A stretch of DNA of 64,000 nucleotides from Penicillus capitatus (taxonomy: Eukaryota; Plantae; Chlorophyta): NCBI GenBank assembly GCA_965649825.1, contig OZ287709.1:62001-126000 (forward strand). The letters run 5' to 3'. Positions 12,114 to 25,511 of the stretch are shown in pieces (position 1 is the stretch's first letter; each line of letters begins with the position of its first letter). The notes below the pieces were generated by a model. That model ran no database searches. It was not told where the DNA came from and saw nothing but the letters and a program-made list of their open reading frames with translations. Made by a program: the position numbers and the translations under genes.

Positions 12114-12670
12114 TCAAAAAACAAGATTAGTACTGCGTCTGTTTAGTCTTCTACCGTCATGGTGTTTGTCTTTCTCTTGTGGATGTGGACGATTCGGGCG
12201 ATCGTCTTCATCCGTGTCACTGTCAGACCATTCCCCGAAAGCTTGCCTCTTGTGAAAGATGCAGCATACTGGTCACAAAAATGCACAAAGGGCAATGAAT
12301 AGAGGAATGGGATATCTATGGATCGAACTCTTGGACGATTTCTTTTGTAGATGTTCATTGTCCACAACATCCGAAGTCCATCGGACAGTCTAGAATGATG
12401 ACACAAGACACCATCATTGTGAAACAAGACTGAGACGATTTCAGGTCACACCACCTTTTTCTTCCTCCGCCTCGATGGATTCAGCGTCAGAGTCAATACC
12501 GTTTCTGCATAGACAAATAGACATTTGTGTGTATTAGATAGGAAAGGAAGTCAAGCGACACGGTGTCGTCGGTACTCGCCTGAAGGAAGCTGGGTGTTTC
12601 CATTGTTCTCTCCTGAAGGTGAGACACAGAATCCCGATGAGCCAGTCTCGGCTTCGATGCGTCCAGACAT
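12114..12670 (-). CDS. INH3: Protein phosphatase 1 inhibitor-3 (YPI1/PPP1R11 family); not captured as one ORF in the ORF track
   Basis: Four exons splice to ...[56 protein letters not shown]..., containing the RVxW-type PP1-docking motif and the KKSSKxCCI family signature. Confidence 0.9.
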
Positions 12671-12784
12671 TGCACGACTCGCAGTAAGAATAATGCAAAT
12701 GGTGATGATCTGTCGACGACCATTTTGAACGAAGCAACGCGTCCTGATCTCGTTGTCGTCGTTCTTCTCAACGAATTCCCGACT

Positions 12785-13567
12785 ATGGACGGCAACGCCG
12801 AGCCGATTCTCGATGTCGTGCGCGGGCTGAGCACGGTAAACAGCAACACATATGAAGAGTGGCGGCGCACGCACGCACGGTTGCGTTGTTCTGCATAGGT
12901 CGCTTCTGTGAGCATCTTCGCAACGCAGGTTAAGAATATCTACGCGACTCTGTATCGTTCCAAATGCAAGAGATGTCGTGGTGCTGGGACGATCATCTGT
13001 CGTCACTGCCACGGAACGAAGATTCGGAGAACGTACCCTGTGCAAGCATTCGAGGGAAGTCCCAATCTGGAACACCCGGCATTCCGATACGAGTGTTATC
13101 ACTGTGGACCCTATGCTATGAACGATTTTGATTACGACAAGGAGGGAGATGACGAAGAGGCTTGGAATATCATGGACAATCTGAAGGCAGCAATGGCCAA
13201 TCGAACACGGCCTCACAGACCGAAGGCAACGGCAGGAACAGTCCCTTGTCCCGTTTGCTACGGACAGTGTGTTGTCCGTCGTCATACTCCAGATTTCGAA
13301 TCTCTATTTAGACTGGACGGCACGTGGATAGATCAAATAGCGAGAAAGAATGTGCATCGGGCTTCGCCGTTGAAGAAGCTCGATTTCGCCGAAGAGATAC
13401 TCGTCGGCAAACCGCCGAAGAAACCGCCAGTCAAGAAGAAGCTGCCGAACATTCGAGGAATCGAAGGCAGATCCATGGACGAAGTCATTCTGCCCTATGT
13501 CGATGATTCGGACACGACAGAGAGCTCAGACGACGAGTATGATGATGATGACGACGACGAGTTCTAA
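12785..13567 (+). CDS. DnaJ-like zinc-finger (CxxCxGxG) protein with acidic tail
   Basis: ATG 12785, one intron, motifs CKRCRGAG, CRHCHGTK, CYHCG and CPVCYGQ; no J-domain HPD motif seen. Confidence 0.75.
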
Positions 13568-13713
13568 TGTATGTGCGACAACGAAGTCGATGATCGTTGT
13601 AAGTCGTATGCTTGTTTGTGTGCTGGCCGCTTCCCAAAACGTCGCAGTGCGCCACACAGCCTGATGTGACCCGTCTCGCGTTGTGTTGACTATTCGCCGA
13701 GTCGCACAACGTG

Positions 13714-15025
13714 ATGACGACGAACACAGAACTCGTTGGAAAAGTGACTGGGTTGTACGTCTATCCCATTAAGGGATGCAGGGCTATTAGCGTCACGGCA
13801 CTTCGAACGACGCCAAGAGGTGGGTGGTGTTGGAAATGGAGCACGTGGGAACACAAATGGAGAAGGAGGCGCTTTTAGGATTTCCTTACGATCGCCATTG
13901 GGTGGTGGTCAAAGAAGCGACACATCGCTTTATCACACAGCGGAATTTTCAGAAACTCGCAAAGATTCACCCAGTATTGCCGGAGGATATCTTGGGTGGT
14001 TCTGAGCATCTGCCTGAACACCATCTGACCATTCGTTTGCCTTATACGGACACCGATGCGGAACGCATAAAGATACCATTGATACCGAACGGCGATCCTG
14101 TTCTCAAGTGTGAAAGGATCTTTGCGAAGCTCGACGGATGCATATGTCTCACTGCCTGTTAGGCAGATTACTGTCAGTGAGTGGACGGGAGTGGCCATGG
14201 ACGAAGGCGATGGGGCGGCTGAAAAGCTGAGTAGCTTTCTGGAAACACCCGTTCGGCTATTTCGTTTCATTTCAGATGCAGAGATTCGACATCGAATGCC
14301 GAGGGAGAGGATAACACGTCCAGTGAACCCAGAATTTGTCTATGGCTTTGAGACCACGTTTACAGACGGATTCCCGTATCTTATCATCAACGAAGTCACA
14401 CTTCCCCTCTCTTGTGCCCTTTTCCATAGCTCTGTTGCAGATGTCGTATCAGAACCTGAAAAAGGCAGTCGGTACAGAATTCCCCATCGACCGGTCAGAC
14501 AACACTGTGCCGCGTACATTGTGCAGACACACTTATTCTCGTGTGTGTTTGTACAGATTTCGGCCGAATATCATCATCGAAGGGCAGAATGCGTGGGAGG
14601 AAGACGAGTGGAGACAGATCCAGATTCTTTCCCGGACAGATCGTAGGTCACATATACCCTTATCAAACAGCAGAACCATGGAGTTGTGGCTGTCTGCAGA
14701 GAGATCCGTTCTCTTCAGATTGGTCAAGCCATGTCAGCGTTGCACTGTCACGTGCATCGATCAATCGACGGGTCTCCCAGGCATCGAGCCTCTAGAGACG
14801 CTTAAGAGTATTCGGAGCGGAGAGAGAACAGGATTTGTCAAGTATTTAAAGGGATCTCGTGGTCAGGGGTTCTTTGGATGGAACGCCGTCTGCAAAGACG
14901 AGAGCGTCATCGCTGTGGACGACGTCGTCGCCGTCGCCAAGTATGGCATCTGGGCGTCAGGCCTATCCCTGACAGAATACGCACAGTATGCATGGCAGTG
15001 GATGCGCGACAAGACAGGCCTTTAA
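13714..15025 (+). CDS. MOSC-domain protein (mARC / molybdenum cofactor sulfurase C-terminal family)
   Basis: LYVYPIKGCR, YDRHWVVV, FITQR, FTDGFPYLII, RFRPNIII, KPCQRCTVTCIDQ and FFGWN motifs across exons. Confidence 0.9.
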
Positions 15026-15088
15026 CGGGAGTCGTCGCCGATGCCGATTTAATTGTTTGATTTTCCGAGAATTGTTCGTGAAAGACAG

Positions 15089-16030
15089 ATGCCGGGCGAG
15101 TCAAAGAGAATCGGCAGTCCTCAAGGAGGACAGAGCGTCGACCAGCCAACCCGCCGAGGTCCTCGAACGCGGAGTATGGCGAGCAAAGAGGCAGAACAGG
15201 CCGCACAGGTACATGCAGCACCACGCGCCTTATCGAAAGGTTTCCGTTGGTTCGTGCAGTCTCCCGGGAACGGCGAAGGTGGAGCGACTGGAAGCGAAGT
15301 GAACAACGAAGGTGGCGGATCGCCGTCCTCAAACGAGTGTCCTTCTCCAATTCGCACAAAGAAACCGCGACGCGTAACGATAAACGAAATCACAGAGGAG
15401 CGAGAAGCGACGGCGACAGTAACGACAGAGACCATTCATGCGCCTCCTGAAGGGGATAGCGGCGAAGAGGAACGCGTTGTGTATTACTACACGCAGTACT
15501 TGTGTCTGTCTTTGTGGCGGGCGGTGGAGAACTGTCAAGTGTGGGACTACCGTCTTGTCAGGGCGTTCTGCCAAGGACCTCGATCATTTGCAGAGAAAGT
15601 CAATGAGATCGCACAACAACTGGGCCGCCGTTTTCGCAGCAACGGAGAACATGATGTCACGCCCGAAGATGTGACGCGATCATACCTGAGAATGTTTCCA
15701 GTGACTGGTCTGTTCAACTGCTGTGCAAGGTTATGGCAAAGATACGTGAAATTCCATCGCCATGGTGCTCGGTCATTAAAAAGAAAAAAGCCAGAGAGAG
15801 AATCCGACAGTGACGCAGCAGAGCATGACAGATTCTCCGTGTTCATGGAAGGAGAGGGACCCTCCAAAAAATACAAGCATCGTTTCCTGATGGATCCGCC
15901 TCGCATTATTGTAAGACATCTTTGCCGTGTGTGGAATCTGTCAGACAATGTGTGCCCGGTGGCGATGGTGCAGATACTGAGCGGTCCTGAGAAAACAGGG
16001 TTCGACGGTGAAGCTGAAATGGATGAGTAG
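15089..16030 (+). CDS. Hypothetical intronless protein (disordered N-half, helical C-half, basic KRKK motif)
   Basis: Uninterrupted reading frame of more than 300 codons; first in-frame ATG at 15089; no family recognised. Confidence 0.65.
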   Translation: MPGESKRIGSPQGGQSVDQPTRRGPRTRSMASKEAEQAAQVHAAPRALSKGFRWFVQSPGNGEGGATGSEVNNEGGGSPSSNECPSPIRTKKPRRVTINEITEEREATATVTTETIHAPPEGDSGEEERVVYYYTQYLCLSLWRAVENCQVWDYRLVRAFCQGPRSFAEKVNEIAQQLGRRFRSNGEHDVTPEDVTRSYLRMFPVTGLFNCCARLWQRYVKFHRHGARSLKRKKPERESDSDAAEHDRFSVFMEGEGPSKKYKHRFLMDPPRIIVRHLCRVWNLSDNVCPVAMVQILSGPEKTGFDGEAEMDE

Positions 16031-16241
16031 CGAGAGCGAAGAAGATGTATGGACGACGCGACGTGGCGCGACAGGAATGACATAAGATAAACAAACTCCA
16101 ACGGGATCGTCAGCTCCGTAGGACCTATCTCTGCGATTAGATAAGATGTGTTTACATGCGTGTAGCGGCTGCTCATTTTGAATCCGCGACGAGGCAGGAT
16201 CGAAAACGACTCTTTAAACGTCTGTCGCTTTTCACATGCAT

Positions 16242-19123
16242 CTATTCGGCCATCTGAATGTAGTCAGGATTTGGCTGAAGAATGACGACTCCCTCGAGAA
16301 CAGGAGAGAGTGGAATGTATTCTTCGGTGGCCAATTCTGCACGTTCGCCCACTGCCAGTAGGACAGGTGTGTTGTGTGTCTGGAAGCCAGTAATGGTTTT
16401 GGGTCGTCCTGCCTGGGCAACCGTGTCCACTGCCTGACCCACACGCACGGAAACCGGCAGCAGTTTTCCTTCGGTGTCCACCGTCAGTAGATAGCGGGGT
16501 TTCATGGCTGTGGCGAGATAGAATAACATGTAGTGATGCTTGCCGGAGATTGTCTCCCTTAGATCCAAACATGCTGTGAGCACACAGAGAATACCGGAGA
16601 GGGCAATGCTGGACAGCAATTGACGATCCGTGTGATATGGATTGATCGTCATGAGTCCCTTTCCCATGTAAACCAATCCCTGCGCGATGCGAACGAGGAA
16701 GAGCATCGTCTGATCCTTGTAGTAGTAGGATGACAGATTGCGCAGCATTCCAGCCAAACGTGCATTGTTGGTGCCTACGCGATCACTCAGATGTGTAATG
16801 CAGTGCATGAGATTTCTCACCGGCTCCCAAAATGCCGAATGCTATAATGGCATTTCTGGCAACCTCAGGGTCCGAATCGTGACTCAGACGACTGAGGATA
16901 TCCATCGGATAGATGTCAGGATTTGATACATTGAGGAGAGCCAGCGCCAGAGGCACGGCTGAACGCACAGGTGTCTTGCAGTAGAGCAGCAGGTGTTCCA
17001 TCGTGCGGTGAATCATCGACGATCCAAGTTCCTCTGTCATAGCAACGAGGGCAATGCCCATGACGGCCATGCTCTGATGGAATGCCTTCCAGTTCGTATT
17101 GGCTTCTGGTTCTATCTGTTCACCGCATGCTGCCAACCATTCTTGCACTTTCAGCACGTTCCCACTTCCAGCATAGGCACACGCCTCCAGTGTCACCTGA
17201 CAGAACTTTGAGATCTTTTCGTTGAAGGTCTTGGCAATCTGCGACGGTTGCGTTTAGGAGAAGAAAGAGAAGAGGGATGCATGCCTCGATCGTGGCTTCC
17301 ACACGTTCCTGCTTGCCAAGGAAGAGCATGCCCATACCCAGGCACAGCATCTTTGCGTACGGCGACGTCATGTGACTCTCATCGCGCACCATCAATGCCT
17401 GTGTCGCATGCGATCTCAGATATCGTAGGTGTTGTGTCTTGCTTACCTCAGAGATGGCTTCAACGCATTCCTGTTTGCAGGTGCTGCTGAAAACGAGTCC
17501 GAGAGACAGAGCAGCAAAGCCTGTCAACTCAATGTTGCTGTCTGGATCTGAGACCAGTGGCAGGAGAAGCTCTTCGACCTCTGCTCGACAAGTACCCGCA
17601 TAGGCCAATCCCAAACCGATGACCGCTCCAATGCGAACATTCAGATCAAAGTGATTCACGTGCTCAAAGATCAAAGCGTATGCCGGATCGTTCTCGTTGT
17701 GTACGCAACAATTCACAAGACCTGACAGCAGAGAGTGAACACGGACGTCAAAAGAAAGGATCTGAGCCGTACCAATGGCCAACAGAGCACCGGCAACAAC
17801 GTAGTTGTCCGAAATATATAAATACCGGTCGATCTGCGAGAGTCCCCCATCCACATCCCACATTGTGATCATTCCCAGACTCGCTGTGGCACTCATCTTT
17901 CCGTGCTCTCTGTTTCGGAAGATCCAGTGTGGCTGCTGTCCGGTATCGGCATCTCCAGAGACGGTGACCAATTTATCTTGGCCGAATCCGGCATTCACAA
18001 ATCCGTTCACAAACGTGCTGGCCAGATTGTGCCTGGCTGAGTCCACAGCACGACTGGAAGGTGCACGCCCCTCGACCAGATGCATCTTATAGACATCATC
18101 CGGAACTTTGGGCTCCATCACATCCAAGTCACGAGCCAGTTCCAGGAAAGATTCACTGAGTCTTGAATTGCTGATGATCTCTTGAATGGAATCTCGCACC
18201 GTCTCATCTGCGATCGCCGTCGGACCTTCTTCCAAATCCAACAAAACGCCTTGCCGTGCCAATAGATGACCCAGCTGGCTCTTCTCCAGCGCATTCTCAC
18301 AGGACGCAAATGTCGATTCGATCAGTGGACGATCGTTGAGTCGTAATGCAACGCGCATGGCGTCGTGGTACATCTTGCGATGTGCATAGATGCCGTGTGC
18401 GACCTTCAGGACAGTGACATCGTCTGGTTCAGCCAGATACTGACAACAGGATGTCAGGTATAGACAGGCTCGGCGATAGTTTCCGTCGTCCACATATTTC
18501 TCGAGAATGGGCAGCTGGTCGACCTCGATGAGCAAATCAACAGCCTCCGGTTCTGCGTTGTGTGACATGTGATACGGAACGATCTTCTCCACCAGCGCCA
18601 ACAACTGCTTCGCCGTTCCTGGATCGTCGCGCGTTTCTGGGAATGCGGCTGTGAGTTCAGCTGTCAGATTTCTGAGGTATTCGTGCCCCCAAGTGCCAAT
18701 GTCTTCATCAGATCCGAGGAGACAGTACTTTAGTGTATCTCTGTCCCCCTCTTTCGCACAAGTGGATGCCAATGTGGATATCACATCTGCCAACAGGCGT
18801 GCATTGTGTTGATGCGCCGTCGTCCTGTGTGCTTCCTTCAGACGGTCGTAATGCGGACGCAAAAATTTGAGTGGCTTTGGCACGGACGTCATGGATGTCG
18901 TGGCACTGCGAATCTCTTTCCGAACGGACTCCAATGCCACGGTCTTTGCTGTCTCGTCGTGCGTTGTGACGATATCTTCAACAAGTGCCTCCAGTTGTGT
19001 CTTCAGTGCCAGTTCCTCGTCCGTCAAATCGGCATCTGGGTCCACGACTTGCTCACGGGGTTTCTTCTTTTCTGCTTTGGCTTTTGTCAGTTCGCCCTTC
19101 GATGTACCCTCTGACGTCGGCAT
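16242..19123 (-). CDS. RPN1: 26S proteasome regulatory subunit RPN1 (PSMD2)
   Basis: [75 protein letters not shown] and [11 protein letters not shown]...[12 protein letters not shown]. Confidence 0.97.
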
Positions 19124-19238
19124 GGGGATGGAATCGCAGAAACGGCGAGATGATTGTGCAAAACATGCCCGACATGTATGTCAGCATGTTGGTACGTGCG
19201 TGCGGTTCCCTCTTTGGCGGCGGATCCCTCATCGCGAC

Positions 19239-20426
19239 ATGGCATCTGAAAAATTAGACGAGCGCGGCGAACTAAAGGGCCACAAGGGATGGGTCACCTC
19301 TGTGGCCTGTCCTCCCAATGCGGCTGTTCCTGCAACCGAGCGCGTTGTCACTGCTTCGCGTGATAAGTCACTTATGTCGTGGAAATTGGTCCCAGACAAG
19401 GATCAAGAAGGACAGAAGACACTTACGGGCTATCAAATGAAGAGCCTTCGTGGCCATTCACATTATGTGGAAGATGTGACGGTTTCTTCAGATGGGCAGT
19501 TCGCACTGTCGGGCTCATGGGACAGTTCGCTGCGCCTGTGGGATCTGAACACTGGGATCAGTTCTCGCACGTTCATCGGACACAAGAAGGATGTCATGAG
19601 CATCGCCTTTTCAGCAGACAATCGACAGATCGTGTCTGGGTCAAGAGACAAGACGATCCGCATCTGGAACACGCTTGGAGAATGCAAAGTCGAATTTGGA
19701 CACGAACTCAATGGCCACTCGGATTGGGTATCCTGCGTGCGCTTCTCTCCTGAGCAGACCACTCCAATGGTTGTCTCCTGTGGATGGGATAAGAAAGTAA
19801 AGAGATCCTATGGAGCGCAGAATATCTGAGTGACGACTGCTCCTCTGTTTATGCAGATAAAGGTGTGGGATCTGACGACGTGTCAATTGAAATGTGATTT
19901 GACAGGACATTCAGGTCACATCAATACGATCTCTGTCTCGCCAGACGGATCTCTCTGCGCCTCCGGCGGCAAAGTGTGTCTACGAGAGCGAAAAAAGCTG
20001 AGTTTGACTTTATTCGTTGTGCAGGACGGAACGGCCATCCTGTGGGATCTGACAGAGGCAAAACGTCTGTATGAGTTGGAACCCGGCGACATCATTCATT
20101 CTCTCTGCTTTTCGCCCGATCATTACTGGCTCTGCGCAGCCACGCAGTCCAGTATCAAGATCTGGGATCTCGAAAGGTGCGGTGCTGTCGCATCGTTGTC
20201 GTTTCTGCTGATGATCTGTGCGTGCAGCAAAAAAGTGGAGTTCGATCTGAAGCCACTCGCATTTGACAAGATCCAGCAATCGAAGAAGGGCATTCCACCA
20301 TACTGCGTCTCTTTGACATGGTCTGCCGACGGAAAATACCTCTTTGGCGGCTACACAGATGGCATTGTGCGCATCTGGGAAGTGGAACGCAGTGATGGAC
20401 TGGTGCCTCTGATAGACGATCCTTAA
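19239..20426 (+). CDS. RACK1: RACK1 (Gbeta-like WD40 ribosomal protein)
   Basis: [58 protein letters not shown] and [14 protein letters not shown]; stop TAA at 20424-20426. Confidence 0.97.
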
Positions 20427-23400
20427 AAGACGGCGTATGACATGTTAATGACCGAAGAGTTGTCAGCCAAGAGCTTTTGAGTCATGGAGGCATGCAAAGG
20501 CAGATCCAAATCTTTCTCAGTTAGGTCATGCCCAGCCACATTTGTCAAGTTTGCCCGAAACCATTCATTCAACAGCTTGGCAACGGTCTTGGCATTCTGC
20601 CTGGACTTCCACGCTCCCTACGGCAGACAGATCGTTGACGACGGCGGCTCATGAGATGGCGACGGACAGGACAATCGTGATTCTCTTGCAGATTTTCGAC
20701 GAAGATGTAGAGATCATCGCTCAAGTGCTCCCACACTCCACGCGTCAATGCAATGAGCACACGCACATCGACCATCCTTTCCAATTCGCCAAGCAGCTTT
20801 TCCAACGTCTCAAACAACGGCATCATCCGTTCGTCGACTGATGCGGACACAACTGAGTGTTCGACCATGATACGTGCGCAGTTGTCGGCATTACCTGGCA
20901 GCGCGCCATTTTGGTGAATGAGATTGCCGATCATGTGTTGCGGGTGCTGCGTGATGTCTCTTGTCATTCTTTCGCAACATATCACTGTCACATTGGAATA
21001 GACAGTTCTCAATTCTTTGACCATTTGAGCAAACTGCGCTCCAATCTCTGGACTTCCTGGATCTCTTTCAGATCCGTCCCCTGCAACAATAGATGCAGTC
21101 ATGTGCGGTTTACGATCGACTCACGTGCAAATAGGGAGTCATTTGAGCACCAGTCTCTCAACTTCTGCTCCAATTCTGGTACAGAACCCAGCATCGATTT
21201 CAGTGAATTCAACAACACCGCCTGGACAGCAGCAGGTGACAAATGGCAATGCGTTTGAGAATTCCAGCAGGTAGACCTCGTTGAAATCGATGCCTCGTCG
21301 ATGGGATGGATAACTGTTACGAGGCACTTTCCAATTGCAAGGGTCCTGTCGATCAAAGGCTCGCAGAGATCTTCTTCTCCCGGCAGTGCTCGACAAATGA
21401 TGCATTGGCGATCGCATACTGTCCATGTGTTGCTGACCCTGTCGATGTCACATCCATACGTTGACATTCGATAGACAATAATGGTGGATGACTGGCTGTG
21501 CTGTGTGTGGTCGAGATGTTGGTGGTGGCATCATGCTGCACTGGTCAGTGATCGCAGCCAAGAGATCTCTGAGGATGTGACAGATGACGCTCTCAAGCTG
21601 AGGTGCAAACACATTCCAGATACGAATGATTCTTTCAAACATGTTCATTTCTGATTCGGCAAGAACGAGCAGCTCTGACAGCAGTGGAGACACAAAGCAA
21701 GAAATCGATCCTATGTGGGTAAGACTGTGGAGATTGTTTGAGGTGTACAGACGTTCAGGATTACCTCTTTGGGGAGAATGCGGCAATCGGGTCTCCAAGT
21801 ACTGACACTGGAAGGCAAGACGCTCCTACAGAGGCAATGCTTTCTGCCTTAGTTATGTGGAAGGAACATGAGCTGCCTGTGTGGCAAACAGCCAATCCAA
21901 CACAAAAGGCTCAAAGATGGAGTAGACGTCAAGCCGCGCGTTGTCACATCGATTGGACACCAAAAGATTCTGTCGGACCTGAAAGCACACAAGCAGTCTG
22001 CTGTAAGAGTCATGGCGGAAGAGGGGCGACTACCAAATACTCTTGAAGTTTGCCAAGAGCAACAAGCATATCGATGCTCTCGGTGGATGGCTGTTTTATT
22101 GGGAACTCTGCAAGGACCTTCTCGAGCTTCCTCAAGAGAGACTGGTGGCCAGACAGATCTCCCGTCAAAATCTCAGGAGACTTGTCAATAGTACTTTGCA
22201 GAAAACGCTGGCCGAAAGGGATGGCAGATGGATATAGTGTGGGAGGAATCCTGAACTCTGAATGCTGATGTCGTACTCAATTTCTTGCTTAAGGGATAGC
22301 GTCAGGCTTTCCATCCCTTTGTACATCTGTGCCGAGTTCAGTGCATGAGCATTGTCTCCTTCACGAGCAGCAACCATGTCAACCAACCCTCTCCATCTCT
22401 TTGTCGACAGATGGATGACCTTCTCCCACTGAACACTGAAGTCTATAGTACTTTCGGGTTGCAGCAATTCTGAATCGGTCAGAGAGCCATTCTTCGTTCT
22501 TCGCGATCGTCGCGTCTTCCAGTTGGTCTTGACAGACAACGATATCTGTTTAGCGTGTGCTGGTAGCGTTGAAGGTGCTGTACCGAGCAAAGAAAGGGCT
22601 GGGACCAGAGCTGGAGGAGGCGAAGTCATCTTTTCTGGAGCGGAGGACCCAGTTTCGGAGATGCCGAACTCAGAGGCATCGTTCAGTAGATAATAGTTTT
22701 CGAAGACAAGGGCCAACACATCCTGTCCATCCACACAATGCACATCCCGTTCGAGGCACAAGACAGACACCTTGATCTCTTGGGAAACCAGTGTCAGCGA
22801 AGTCTGTTCGTTTTCTTGTACTCCCCGCGTCTCTGTATCATCATCACAGATCACCCAAAGACAGACAAACATGGCGAGACCTTTCTCTTGGACGATGACA
22901 CTGTATCTCTGATGCAAAGCTGTCATGCATTGAGTGGTGCACGTTCGCACATCAGGCCTACGGAATACACCATTGCATGGCTGGCATCATGTGTCAGCGC
23001 GAACCTGAGGATCCATCGGATGTGGGTAAGGACAGTAAAACAGGTTCGGATTCCATAGTACTCGGCAAACATTTGAAGCAGCCATTCCCATGGTCCACTT
23101 AAGAACAGCTTCGACGGTCCACAGTTCTCATGCTTCAATGCGCATCCAAAGAGATACTCGTAAGCCTGTACACTACCACACCGTCTCTACACCTCACGCA
23201 CCGGCAGTGGGACAGCAGGGACATGCCATGTTGCCACTGATGCGGATATGATCTGGTGATGGCTTGTGTTCGCTCGGGGGTTCGGCCTTCTTCTCTTCTG
23301 GCAGAGGTTGAAAAGCAGGTCCTACTTCGACAGGACACGTGACTTCTTGAACAGATCGCTGTAGCAAGAGCGAGCATGTGATTCCCAAAGGCATCCTGCA

Positions 23401-25406
23401 AAGCACCGTGTTGGTTGGAGAAGGCAGATGGGTGTTTATCTCTGCCTGTTCTTGTCGAGGATATCGACATCACAGATCGAATAGTGGTTCTCCCAATTTT
23501 CTTCCTCTGGAAGAAACAAGTGTGAAACCGTTGAGAGGATATCAAGGCAGTACCTGATGGCGTACTGTCTCGTGTCGGCTTTCCGTTTGTTGGCGGTCTT
23601 TGTACTTCCCACCTGCTTGAACGGAATGGGTTAGGTGCCCCTTCCGCCACATGCGACCTAACGGACCCTCTCAAGGCCGAATCGTAACAGGCGTTGCGTT
23701 GTGATTGGTCGAGTCCAGCAGGATATCTTCCGTCACTACGTTCGACGGTTTCTTCCGCCTCTTTATCTCCGTACGGATGCCGTAATGCATTCTGCGCGTT
23801 CGTCGCGTTCCGTAAGAACGGAAAGCATCCAATAACAGGAATCTTCACTGGCGAACGTCTTTTCTCGTCGCAAGGTGCAACAGGCTGCAAGAAAGAGGAT
23901 CGCTCGTCCTTTGTCAGCTGGCTGGGATCTGAGGGGTATACCGATTTGGAAATGGGTGTCTTTCCTGAGCCAATGCAGTGCTCGTTGACGTAGACATCGA
24001 TCACGACTTCTGTTTCTGGCTCCTCCTGTAGAATTAGCTCGCCTCTGTGTGTATGCGAAGTCGGGCGACCGTTTCCATCCACGAAAGCGTAGAAATATCG
24101 ATCTGATACCCAACAGTGGTAGCACGGATAAAAGAAATGAGGCAGAGTGGCGTTTTGGGAATCACTTGTTTGCGGATCTCGAATGCATACACTTGTCGGT
24201 ATTCCTGATTCATGCTGATGGTTTCGTTGCAATGGCCATCTGCCTGTTGCGGCAACAGTCGAAGGACGGGCTACCAGCTGTTCGAATCGAACAGACGTCA
24301 CGTTTTTGAACTCGACGACGTGATGAGAGGCCATGGGCATTCTTGGAGGCGATGGTCGACGACTGGGAGAAGGCGACTGCAGTCCTATGTCCAGTATTCG
24401 AAGACCGTCTTGCTGTGGATTGTCGTCCCTGGTACAGCAAACGCGATGTATAGGGGAGATACGGAAGTGCTGTCCTTGCTCACCACAAGACGAATGGTTC
24501 TGCCGAGATGTCTGCCTCCAGATCGATCGAATCGGGACGCAGAAGAATGTCTGAAACGCGCAAGGCCCGTTTGAGGAATGCGCATCCCTCTTTCATAAAG
24601 AACTCAGCTTCTGGACTCTCTTTGAAACTGGCCTCGAGGCAGATTTGAAAGCATGCCTGCAAAGATGTCTTGTTTGTTTTCGCGAAAAGACGCACGGCAA
24701 ACCTCGTATGCAAGAAATCGAGTCCAGGCGTCTGACCGCGATACTTTCACGGTGCCTTTGGTGGGATGTAGAGGAGACGGAACGATGTTCGGAGGAGCGT
24801 TCGCATTCGGTGTTTCCTACGGATAGAACCTCGTCTTGGCCAAAACGTTAGAGGCAGGATCTGTTTACTTCGACTGTGGGTGGTCTGGGCTTAAAGGATA
24901 CGCGTGGCCGTTGTTGGAAGGCTGTCTGGTGGCACTCATCTGGATGCCGCGTCCCAGACGCCGTACGTGGCCGAGAGCTAGCGAAATGGATAGACGGCGG
25001 CGGTAAGAGTGTCGGATATGCCGTTGTCGGACGACCAGCGTGTTCTTTTCGAAGTGTTGAAGGATCTCTTGGCGTCAAGCACTCCGAGGTTTCAAACGGA
25101 CGGCGAATCTGTTAGGCGAGAATTCGACAGGCCGATGGATGGAGACCCTCGGTATACCCAAGGAGACCGCGGTGTGCTTTCGTGACGAAAAGGGAATGAA
25201 GGACGCGGCGGCACGTTTGGAGGCAGAGGCGGCAGGCCGCGTTCCTGCACAGCGGACATTGGATGACGGATGCGAGGTAAACGCACAGCAACGTTGTGCA
25301 GCGGAGTCAATCGATATGGATTGTTGACGTCGTCTGTGTCGATTCGAACTTTGTTTCTGTGCATTCTGTAAGCGTGACTTCGTCCGAAATTCGAGTAGAA
25401 ATCCAT
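20423..25406 (-). CDS. Large C2 + MUN-like helical protein (plant At4g24610/At5g48310-like); many exons
   Basis: Segments [10 protein letters not shown]...[17 protein letters not shown], a C2-like [50 protein letters not shown] and a final exon [10 protein letters not shown]...LTEKDLDLP...VF* resemble this plant family, from recall. Exon boundaries are approximate. Confidence 0.7.
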
Positions 25407-25511
25407 TTCAATGACGTCAAACGTGGCAGACAGACAAAGTCGACAGCCAGAGACTGCATCATCGCGTAATGCTATAGATGTCTAGACGTCTGCTGTACAT
25501 TTGACACGCAG

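Noticed and set aside
12250-12330. Apparent in-frame TGA inside a hydrophobic stretch on the - strand (IPLFIALCAFL*PVCCIF), suggesting selenocysteine or read-through
   Set aside because: The stretch is a GT-AG intron of about 58 nt; splicing it restores the family signature [12 protein letters not shown] of inhibitor-3.
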